Of a DNA stretch of 64,000 bases, positions 53,461-64,000 are shown in pieces. This stretch comes from Balanoglossus misakiensis (taxonomy: Eukaryota; Animalia; Hemichordata). The stretch is taken from NCBI GenBank assembly GCA_040954595.2, contig CM082584.2:9319061-9383060 (forward strand). Reading direction: 5' to 3'. Position numbers and translations under genes: made by a program. Numbering within the stretch: position 1 is the first letter of the stretch; the number at the start of each line of letters is the position of its first letter. The notes below the pieces were generated by a model. That model was not told the origin of the DNA, made no database searches, and saw only the letters and a program-made list of their open reading frames with translations.

Positions 53461-55139
53461 AATCAGGATGAAACCGACCGCTCCTTCGCCCTTTCCCCTT
53501 CTCTGACTATAGGCGAGGCGGGCACGCCCTCCTCTTCTGTAAGTGGTCGATTCCTTGTCTGTTTTAAGAACCGTTTGTCGTTGATCAGTTCATTCGGGGT
53601 TGGGTGCGTTGGCGACTCTCTCCGCCTGTTATTGTACCCCTCCGCTGACAATTGTCACCTTTCTATTCAGCGCCATTTTTTTCTTCATTTGATCGAAGTG
53701 ACACGAATAGGGCAGCGTTTCTGTTTGTCTGCCCGGCATTCTTGCTCGCGCAGTGCCGCGATCAACAAACCGTGTTGTCAGTGGCAACGTGCGTCCCGTC
53801 TGGATTTCGAAGACAGGCGGGATGGCTCAATGTACAGGCCTATACAGCCCTGTTTCAGAGCTATGCAAAACTGCTGACTACATACACCCAATCAGTAAAT
53901 TCAAATTACAGTCTAACAAACCTGCGAGACGTGTTAATAGATTTTAAATTTGAATACATGTAACTGTCTAAATTAAATATTTCATGTTATTTTAATTTCT
54001 TCAAATAAGATAACGCGAAGAAATTTCGTTTTCGTTTGATAGGTCGTGCTTAATTATTTTAAAAACAAAATTGGTTATTCAAGCTCTTCGCTATACGACT
54101 TCTTTACGCAAATCAAATACCATACATGTATATTATCTGGGAACAAAACAAATAATTGTATAACCGACCTTGGCAGTGAGCTGGGTGTCAGTCCATCCAA
54201 CGGGCGCGCATGCAGCGAAGACTTCCTTCGTTCAACGGCTATTGTTGCGAACTACCCCGGCTGTGGGTATTGGCGACCCCGGAGCCCTGAGCACAAAGGA
54301 AAGTACTTCGGCCAAGCATCGCGAGCCGAGTAAAGGTATCCGTTGCCTTTCCCCCTATTCTTCCACCGTACACAAGCATTCTTTATTGCTTCTCCTTATC
54401 GCACAAAGAAGACAAACAATGCACCCACCGTCTCTGTGGCAAGGATCTCTGACCCTAGATGACCCCTCCCCAGTATGATGATGTCATCAGTTGTCACCCT
54501 TTAAGAAGACTTTCCGAAATAGTGTCTGCTGTGAATCGTTTATTTCATCCGAGTTCAGAAAGGCTATCAAATTATACGCTGGCAAGCGGTAGTGGTTAAT
54601 TTACAGCTGGATGATTTTGGAGTGCAACAATAGTTTTCGAATTACATGTATTTAGTAAACATTCCAGCTCTCTCATAGTTAAAGACTGTAAGCAATATCA
54701 GGCTGCCACCGAATGCTGTGTTTGGAGGCCAGTTCGTTTTAATCGAAACTAGGCTGCGATGGAGCGAATTCGAGAAGGTCCAACTGAATGTAAATATAAT
54801 TGGGTCCTGTTTATCTTTTTTCCCCTTTTCCGATAGATGAAATACATGATCTGGACAAAAAGAGTAAAACAAATATTTGTAAATTTTTTGTTCTGAAGTG
54901 TCTCAGAACGCAGCGAAAACTGTCGTATTGAAATGTCAGCGTTGTTTTAGAATAGACATTTTGATGTTGATGACGACGATGATTGCCTACTCCAATATTT
55001 TATAATGTATGTTGAACTGCTTCAGATGTGCAATTGTTTAATCGTTTAATATTCAGCATGTCTGGCAAAATACGACAACACTTTTGATGCGCGCCACACG
55101 ACTTGAGACGCCAGAGTCATTAAATCATTTTCTGGTTGC

Positions 55140-57380
55140 TGATTGGTTCAAGGCACCTGGACACGGACATTTCCGTCTAACATCCGGGCATTTTCGTCAA
55201 AGACGGCCACGCCGTTACACGAGGCGAGACTTCATTTTGAGGCGGAGCGCAGAACACTCAACACCCGAGTTTCTGCGCTGTTCAAATTAGTGAAAGCCGC
55301 GGTAAGTAAAGTAACATAACTGGACACACTTACTCAGTTTTTGGCCTGAGTTGTAGGTTATATTGTGGCGAGTTAAGGATAACCAAAGTCATTTGACAAA
55401 TTCCACTATTTTGCGGTACTAAACCGCACGGTTTAGTAGACTAGTCGGTGAATACGCTGTACCGTTGGGCGGCCGTGTTTTTTGTCCAGTCTCCCAAAAC
55501 TATACAGTTTCTCTGGAGATGGGAAGGTTCGGTCGGTGGATTTGGTAGCGGTTTCACGTGTGGTCAGCGTGTTTTTCAGAACGAGCGAATTTTTAATTAT
55601 ACCAGGCTAAGCCAAAAACTGCGAAAAAATGCATTGGGCATACACGAGCTTTGAAACGCATATAATTTGTATGATGTACCATCCGCGAGTGAACAAGTTG
55701 AACACTGTTCATGGCAGATGTTTTGTTTCATAGACACTCACTCCTACATACGTTTTCCTGTATTGCAGATACGGAGACTGGATGAACTGATAATATCTGA
55801 GCCGAGGCCCAAGTGACCCGTTGTTCTTCCCCGCCATGCATTTTTGGAGGAGGCTAGTCCTTATCCGTCCCACGTGGATGCTATGATGTTACAAGCATGA
55901 TGTACAAGTAGGCGGTATTAGCCAAGTTTTTTGGGCAATTTTTAAGATCTTTCAACGGTTGTGACTGGTGCCGGGAGCCAGTTCACCGAACCGATTTTGA
56001 ACAAACCTGCAGAATGCAACAATACGGATGCTATATGTGGATGTCATTTGAAAGTTTTGAAACCAACATGACCACATGCTAGGTGTATGGGTCATTTTTG
56101 TTACGGCACCAACAAGTTCATCGACTTTGAAGGCTTCGAAAGGTGCTCGTTGTTGTGAGTGTGTGTGCATGCGTGTCACGGTAAGTTGTACGGTATATTT
56201 GGGCCATGCAACTAGCCTACAATGAGGTGAGCGTTTGTATGTTCCATGGCTGAATGAAGACCAGTGGATGGTATGAAGTTTCATAACAAGTAAGTTATAT
56301 AGACATAAATAAAATCCCCGGTGCGGGTGGGTCCCATCCCTCAGACAGTCGGTTAATACTTAATACAGGTTTTTTGAGCTTTGTTATCTTTCGTCATTAT
56401 TCAATAAAAAATATTAAAAACATACACGCACTCATAATACTTGGAGTGGTTTATTTCCGTACCGATCATCTTCGCGCGTGCGTATATAGTTAATACAAGT
56501 TTTTCGAGATTTGTGATCTTTCGTCATTATTCAATAAAAAAAATATTAAAAACATGCACGTACTCATAATACTGGGAGTGGTTTATTTCCGTACCGATCA
56601 TCTTCGCGCGTGCGTATATAGTTAATACAAGTTTTTCGAGATTTGTGATCTTTCGTCGTTTTTCAATAAAAAATATTAAAAACATGCATGTACTGATAAT
56701 ACTGAGAGTGATTTATTCGTACCGATCAACTTCGCCCGTGCATGCGTTTGTCTCTGTTAGCTCGTTTTTTTATTAATATTTGAGATCTGTTATATCCTTT
56801 TCCCTGACTTGAATAAAAATCTAAATATTTATATACTAGTATGACCTGGGTGTCATTTATTTGTAACATGTCATCTTCCAATGTGCGTACCTCTTGTAGT
56901 TTTTTGTTTCAGATTTTTAATATATTTTTGTCTTTCACTTCAATAATAAAAATATTCTAGTTGAGCTGTTTATTTTGCATCTGTCATCTCTGCGCATGTG
57001 CATGTCTGTTATTTGTTTTTGATTATGGAATCTGTTTTTGAATTTGGAATGTTTTGTAGATTTTCCCAGAATATCAAGTGTATTTTCTTAATACTTTTGA
57101 ATTGTACTTTTTGAAATATATTTTATATGTTTTTAATTACCATGAGAAATGATGTGTACTTTCAGTCACTAAATATGTTTTTTAATTTAAAGATTGTTTC
57201 AATGTCAACATTTACTGTTTTCACAACTTGTATTTCATTTCAATATTTCTGAATATCAACATTATTGTATTTCTTAAGTCTAAGTCCACTGGACGTATTG
57301 TAAATCCTTTTGTTGGTGGACGCAACGCTTTAAATCTGTGTTTACTTGAAAATTTCTATTGTCAATAAAAAATATGAGTA
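55140..57380 (+). ncRNA. Candidate spliced lncRNA or decayed gene
   Basis: CCAAT (ATTGG 55142) and ETS-like ACATCCGG (55180); donor GCG|GTAAGT after 55301; acceptor tttcctgtattgcag before 55769; U-rich tail with AATAAA at ~57364. No uninterrupted long + strand ORF. Confidence 0.45.
56359..57005. repeat. Tandem array of a ~130-132 bp unit (3 well-conserved copies + 2 decayed copies)
   Basis: Units start at ~56359, 56489 and 56621 (gttaatacaagtttttcgagatttgtgatctttcgtc...aataaaaa...gtaccgatcatcttcgcgcgtgcgtatata). Degenerate copies continue to ~57005. Confidence 0.9.
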
Positions 57381-57815
57381 AATGAAAGAATTAACTTGTC
57401 TGTATCGTTGTATTCATCAAACAAACAAACTGGATGTTTGATAACACACACTCTTTTGAAAAAAAAAATCCCATTGAATCTAAAAAAAGTGAGGTTTCCC
57501 TCCATTTTAGGTCATCACAAGTTTGGCAAATTCTGGTCCTTATATAGGCCATACCAACCGAGATCTTAATAAACTGTGCCTTCAACTGATGCTGAGGTTG
57601 AAGGTCACATGTTGAAACAAATTTATAAACCAGGTCTGTTTTCTTAATTTGCCCAAGAGCGGCATAGTAGGTCAAAAGTTGAACCCTTACTGAGCTTATA
57701 CCAAGTAAAACAAAGTATCCATATACACTACAGAAGGTAGAAATTGGACTAATTGCCAAAGTAAATTAAATTTGTAAAAGAGGCACGAATTTGCACACTA
57801 TACGCACTCGAATGA

Positions 57816-57903
57816 TGATGAATATTATGGCGCCCTCAGAGGAAATTGAAGGGTGTTACCAAACTTTCACCGTACTTCGCTGAGGGCGCAATAATATTCA
57901 TCA
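57816..57903. repeat. Palindromic element with 24-bp arms (1 mismatch); possible MITE
   Basis: tgatgaatattatggcgccctcag (57816-57839) pairs with ctgagggcgcaataatattcatca (57880-57903). A partial third arm lies at ~57970. Confidence 0.75.
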
Positions 57904-58489
57904 CCAGTGCAGCAAACCAACAACGTCAAACAACGTCAAATGCATCTACATTTTATAAGCTTGGGCTTAGAGGGCGCAATGCCGTGATACTTCATCAGAG
58001 CCATTAACGTAAATTAAAAACTCATTAAAGGGAACATTACGCGGTTGTGTCAATGTGCTTTAAATCTTTATTGATTCCATGGAGGAAATGATAATATTAA
58101 CAGCTTGAAATATAAAAATTGGTTTGACACTTCTTTTAGCAACATAATCAAACGAGTAGAACTTCTCTAAATATTCACTATTTACAAATATAGTACACTT
58201 TACATAAAGTTTTTTAAGATATAAAATAATATTGACAAAATAACGTGAATATCATAGTTAACTGATTAAATGCTAGATCATAGTAGACGACGGTGTTTTA
58301 ATGCATAAATTGTATGTTTGAGACTCGGTCCTGGCTGCAACCGTCTTCTTAATTAACTGCGGTGGCAAACAATTGACGCTTCCTTTGTTTGGGGTTCGAA
58401 TTGCACTGGAAATCTTTCAACATTAGGTAATTGGTATGTTCATCTGAATAAACTTCTATGCTTCGACAGTGCGTATCCGCACCCGCTTA

Positions 58490-59616
58490 TCATTTCAACC
58501 TCCGCAAAAACTTTTCGGCGTCGTGAAAACCGAATTCATAATAGTCGTGCAGGGCTTCTCCTGATGGTGGGTAGAGGGCGTCCTTTGCCCTAGTCAGGTT
58601 CCAAATGCTCCAGTCGAGTGGCTGGCCGCTGAAGAAGGACGGGCTGCGCTCCATGCCGTTGACGTTTCTCGTCGGGCAGACTGTCAGGTTTTCCCCCATG
58701 AACGGCGAAACGGTGACGGCTCTGTTGTCGTTCTCGAAGCAGTCTGTTCTAGGCATATTGTTTATAAAACCTGCGTCCATCCAACACTGTGTGAAGACAC
58801 CAGAGAAACAAATCGGCATTTACACCATGAAATATGACAATTCTCAATTAACGTCTTCGAGCCAACAATCCCAATCTGAATTTAGCCTGATTATGCCACA
58901 AATTGATTACTGTACTTTGCATCGATAAGCGTCTAATAGGTCCAAATTTACCACTGCGGCTGTGCAATCCAAAATCGTGTACAAGGGGTTAGGAGTACAA
59001 AATGTACATGGCGTACTTACATTTTCATCGAACTCCACGAACTTCTCTCCACCCCATAGTGGCATATAGGTAGCGCCCAAAATTGCCTGAGTTTGGAATA
59101 TAAAATAAGCAAATGAAAGAAGAAGAATTTAAAAATGATCAGCGCAAATCCACTATACATGTAATAGCAAACATTATTTTCTGGAATCATTTCTTAGAAG
59201 GACAATAGATCGATGACTGTGAACTTACATCTATCAAGTGATCGTTATCCCTGTACTCCTTTATAACGTGGACCTTCTCAGGTTGAAAATCGACCAGTTT
59301 CTTGAAGATGTCCAACGCCGTAGTTCCTTTGGACAGTCCATATCTCATCCACGACTGTCCATCGCCCCAGTACACCGGGATGGTGTAGTCATGTTTTCTC
59401 TTTCTGAACGGCGTCGCCGAGATGAACAGTTTGTCCGTCGCTTTCTGGTAGGCATCCTCCGGGATGAGTGGGAGGAGGAGCGATCGCAGTTGGTCTTTCA
59501 GTCCCGGTCGATTGCCCGCTGAGATGCCGCCTTTCGTTCGGAGTTTGTCGCTCAGCTCTTTCGCTTTGGCTATGTATTCCTGCGATTGGCACAATTAAAG
59601 AAAGCAAGGCTGTTTT

Positions 59617-59697
<81 letters not shown>

Positions 59698-59992
59698 TAC
59701 CTATCTAGCTATAGCTGTATCTAACTATATCTAGATATTTATCTTCACACACTACATAATATTTACGTGAAAGTATAGCCAAACTGTTGTCATAACGCAC
59801 CCCAATTTTATCCGGACACACCAAAAGCAGCGCCGCTGCGATCACACCGCTGGACACACCACTGTAACATTCGACATGGTCTAGCAGAGCCTGTCCCCGT
59901 GCATGTAGACATTTCGCCACGCCTAACTGGTAGGTGCCGAGAAAAATCCCTCCGCCGAACGCGAGATTGACTTTGCTGTGTTGTTCTGACAT
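58490..59992 (-). CDS. Patatin-like phospholipase (PNPLA2/4-like), paralog B, ~301 aa, 4 coding exons
   Basis: Exons 59801-59992, 59229-59579, 59021-59086, 58490-58786, all phase 0, with the same 66-nt third exon as paralog A. Motifs FGGGIFLGTYQLGV, GVSSG, WMDAG, VTVSPF, GFHDAEKFL. A probable non-coding first exon ends at 61525 (AAG|GTAAGA). Confidence 0.93.
59617..59735. repeat. (CAT)n microsatellite followed by degenerate (TATC)-like repeats, inside a PNPLA-B intron
   Basis: Read directly. Confidence 0.95.
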
Positions 59993-62457
59993 TGGACTGA
60001 ATGACTGCAAGTGAACAGGAAATACAGAACTTATTATTCGCATGCTCTTTGTCCAAGGTGTAAAAATAACATTCAGGCATCAGTCGTTGACTGACGCTCA
60101 GGGACAGATATTCTACACCCCTTGTAGGCGCTAGGCCTATGAAACCCAGGATGATATTGTAAGCTTATATCCCCAGTGCATGCCGTTGTGAAAAAGTACA
60201 GCGTTCATTGAAAAGACATCGTGTAAATGTAAACACTGTTTTACTAGAAGAGGTGTACTGGCTGCAGAAAACTGGCATTGCGTTCTATCAGTTCAATCTT
60301 GACAGGAGCGGGCTAGGTGTCAGTGTATCACCTGCGTTTAGGCCTACTTCAATGACAACCGCCATGATTTCTTTATATTTGGAATGCGCCCCCTCTATAG
60401 GCAGAAATTTAAAGGCGACCCGCACTCGTGGAGTGCAGTTATTCCGCATTGGGGACACAGGCATGACATTATTACTTAGTGAACCTGAAATTAGCTCTCT
60501 CCGTCCTAATTTCATGCCATTCCAAAGGAACAGTTTACAGCTAACATTACAAATGGCCGCCGCGGTTGCCATGGCGTTTCGCCTTAGTTGAGACGTGCGC
60601 GTCTGATATCGATATGAAAATACATGTACTGTATACCTTCCAGACATAATCTCTGGTCTTAACTACGACGACGGTTATTCAGTTGCACGACAAGGTCGTG
60701 TTTTAAAGAGCTCGAGGTAACGCTGCTGTTGCTATGCGTCATAATGTGTCAACATGTCGGCCGTCGGGCAGCAATATTTCCGGAAATAGGCCGCGGCTGC
60801 ACACACGAATATATGCCGTTGGGGTAGGGGCCTCATGTTTCGTCGTTTTTGAACAATTTCACACGGCGTCTTTTCAAGGATTAAAATCCGCAAATAAAGA
60901 AGAACACTGATACGGCTATCTTGCCGCGTATCGGGCTTCTGGGGTTGTCCAAACACACAAAAAGATGTCAATACCACGGGTAGTCAATATTGTATAGGTT
61001 TTACACGATCAGGTTCAATACAACGCAGCAGTGCGGTAATTGTCAATGTTACAGTTACAAAAAGGGGCATTTGCGTTGCTAAACGACGTTAATCATACTT
61101 AATCCACGGGAAAATGGGTACCAAATCCTAGCATTCTGTCGGTTAATACCGGTCTAACGATCTCCATGGTTACTGGATATAAATATCGATCAAATTTAAT
61201 GGGAGTTCCACCTACCGTTTATAGGGTTGTTATGCCCGCCACCATTTTGGAAGTGGTTATTTTTCTAAATCGTTATTTTGCCCCGTGAATTGAACGAGAA
61301 TATTAGGGGGAAAAAAATAATACAAGAGCCGGACGACTTGCTGAAAATGGAGTTGAGGTCACACCTACGCTAGCGCTGCCGTTGTTACGATTGTATGTAC
61401 ACACAGTCGTATATAGAATGCATTACGTTGGTTTTCTTAAGTGCGTGTCACTGGTATTGTTAGCCTGCTTTTATAAACAGCTATCACTATATATTTTTAA
61501 CAGAATATGACTTGTTTATCTTACCTTAAAAGACTTGCCTCACAAAATAAGTTGCGAATGAAAACGACTTTCTGCGCTTCGGCTGACTCGAACACCTTTA
61601 CTCGTCTGTTGTTCCAAAGTCCGAGGTCGTTCCGTGTGTTTTGATTCAAACGGCAAAGGAAGCGAACACTGCGGCGGCGTCGGGTGTCGGACAGTGGTCT
61701 CCAAGCATGGATATAATGAGCCTGTCAAGACGGGGTCGCAAAGGTCGCCCCAGAGTGAATGAATGCTAGAAAACACTAGCGCCGTGCTGTGACACGAAAA
61801 GCCTGGCAGAGCTAGAACAGGCGAACAAAACACTACGTGTCCAATCACTACACCGCATGAATAGTCCCTACAGCTTTGGCTATCGATTTCGACCAGAATG
61901 GTAGGCTCGTTTTCTCGGCTATACAAATCCGAGGCATTAAAAATTAAATTGAGGAGTTAATTGGCGCTTCCAATGAAAGGTTTCAAGTTGACCGATGGAA
62001 AGACAAAAAACACTGTTGACAAAAAGCCCAGTGGGGGTTACAAAGCGTTACACGAAAAATTCAATAAAATGACTGTACTGAAAGAAAGGCCAAAATTAAA
62101 TGATTTCACACGCCGGCCAGATATTGAATTATCTTTGAAGAAACGGAATTAGTATCCTAAAATATTCCCTCAAATATTATTTTAATCTAACTTTTAAAAA
62201 TGCTTTCCCATTGAATCACACAGGTGGTTTTCAGTCAACTTTATATAGGATAATTATGATTAAATTTGAACTTATTTACGATTAAAGTTATCTTCATTAC
62301 GATTGTTGAACTTATACAGGCAGCAAAAGATTACACAGATAAGTATCAAAGACTGTGGAGATATTTTTTTATAAAATTTCATCGTCTAAAATTCGATAGG
62401 CGCTTGTGGGGCTTCGTTCGTGACAAACACGAGCAACTTAGGGTGTCGGTATGCAAT

Positions 62458-63653
62458 ATGGCGGAACTGGTGAACAGTGTTGTGCTTCCGGGTGATATCT
62501 TGACAGAACTCAGTGAGGCTAGGAAAGAAACTAAATTACGACTGGGCCCAGGCTTGCGACTAGATGCAGAAGATGTCGTAGTTTGCAAATGTGGCATTTT
62601 GAGAAGGAAGGAACAAAATGTGTATTGGGTTGACACGCATCAAAAACGGGTAAGCAGTACTCTAACATGTACAAGGAAACACGTGTATCATACATCGTGT
62701 AGCAAACTACTGCACACTACTCTTCGCCCACCCCCTTCATTTATTGCTATTAGTGAATCTGCAAATGTTCATGTTTTTTGCAGTATGTTCCTGTCAAAGG
62801 TGAGAATGTACTTGGCATTGTGACCAGCAAGGCAGGTGACATTTTCAAGGTTGACGTGGGAAGCAATGAGCTGGCTACTCTCTCATATCTAGCCTTTGAA
62901 GGTGCAACAAAGAAAAATAGGCCAAATGTACAGGTAAGGCACTAGCAATTGTGCTCTGCAGTCAATACATGTCTGATTACACACATCACTGAGTCAAGGC
63001 AAACTCACTGTGTGACACAAGAAAAGTATAATCCCCATTGTATGTACTAGTACAACGTGGAACCTAAAACATATCACTGACGTCGACATTTCTTTATGAC
63101 TTTTGTGGCAGATAGGAGACTTGGTGTATGCTAAATTCCTTGTGGCCAACAAAGACATGGAACCAGAGCTGGTGTGTATAGACGGTGCCGGGAGAAGCAA
63201 TGGTCTTGGTGTCATATCCGGAGGCGGCTTAGTTTTCCAGTGTCCACTTGGCTTAGTCAGAAAGTAAGTGACCCACTTTTTGAGATTTTTTTTGATTAAT
63301 TTATTTTGTCCTGATAGGTCAGTCATGTTGCTCACCAAAATACACTGGATGATCTGTTGTCTCAGTTCAACCCCAGTATATGGGTAAAACTCTAAAATCT
63401 CTCCAGTCACATTTTCTCTCTCTCTCCCTCCCCTCACAGAATACTGTCTCCAGAGTGCCAGCTACTGAAGTTACTCGGCAAACACATGCCCTTTGAAATT
63501 GTTGCAGGACTGAATGGCCGAGTCTGGGTGAAAGCGAGGACTATAGACCACACGATTGCCATTTGTAATGCGATATCCATTGCAGAGTATATGAGTGACG
63601 AGCAGATCAAAGTGATGGTTAACAGGCTCATCAGTGTCGTAGGCTGGAGTTAA
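62458..63653 (+). CDS. EXOSC3: Exosome complex component RRP40, 235 aa, 4 exons
   Basis: Exons 62458-62649, 62784-62933, 63112-63263, 63440-63653. Motifs [62 protein letters not shown]. Confidence 0.97.
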
Positions 63654-64000
63654 TATAATAACAATGGTAATGGTTTTTAAACTTGGTGAACGTTTTGACC
63701 ATCATGTGTGGATCCACAGGCACTGAATACTGGTTCTGAAAGGTCTGGATGAAGAGGCAACAGAATGGGAAGAAACAGCACTGGACAGAGAATAGAATCT
63801 AGTAATGATGGTTCTGTTCATAACTGTAACCTGTTTGCTGACACGAGTACAGCATATAAAACCAGATTTGCTAAATGTTCCTTTTAAGCAAAAGATTAAG
63901 AGTTTTGCAATAAAATGCATAAAGGTCTGTGTACATGTAAAAACATACAAAAATAAATGTACAACTTTACAATAATAAAAAACACTTGAGCTGTATTTAA

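Noticed and set aside
54263-54300. Short similarity to 50770-50800 (GxGVANT after an acceptor-like site)
   Set aside because: The exact core is only ~10 bp and the frame closes quickly; this is compatible with chance.
56540-56620. SECIS-like ATGA...AA...TGA pattern on the minus strand of the tandem unit
   Set aside because: Helix II is weak, the pattern is on the wrong strand for the TGA-rich frame, and the upstream minus-strand gene ends TGA-TAA with its own poly(A) signal.
56359-57005. CRISPR-like array
   Set aside because: The units are head-to-tail with no unique spacers, no cas genes are present and the context is eukaryotic.
57812-57883. C/D box snoRNA (ATGATGA...CTGA)
   Set aside because: The boxes lie inside the arms of a long palindrome, with no terminal stem and no host intron.
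61540-61926. 128-aa minus-strand ORF
   Set aside because: It has a non-ATG start and no recognisable domain, and it overlaps a probable promoter and 5' UTR exon.
62266-62457. N-terminal extension of EXOSC3 in the ORF track
   Set aside because: It starts at TTG in AT-rich promoter DNA; homology begins at the ATG at 62458.

Overview
Intron-rich eukaryotic animal DNA with GT-AG introns and microsatellites; there are no operons or CRISPR arrays. The gene content suggests a marine invertebrate deuterostome, possibly a hemichordate or echinoderm (inference only). Exons were assembled by hand from splice signals and reading-frame continuity. Seven protein-coding genes were found: (1) a 25-exon, ~1071-aa chimeric ubiquitin E2 on the minus strand, made of a UBE2Q-like RWD domain and Cys-less UBC domain fused to a BIRC6-type C-terminal catalytic UBC module; (2) centriolar SAS-6 (18 exons); (3) a PRRT3/PRRT4-like multi-pass membrane protein; (4) a small secreted protein with three EGF domains; (5, 6) two tandem divergent patatin-like lipases that share an unusual ~40-aa insertion; (7) EXOSC3/RRP40. 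Less ordinary items are a death-effector-domain-like remnant, two unannotated spliced transcription units between the lipase paralogs (one with a frame broken only by seven TGA codons and followed by a decaying ~130-bp tandem array of poly(A)-signal/hairpin units), an extended miR-31 site in the E2 3' UTR, a candidate recursive splice site and several small MITE families.
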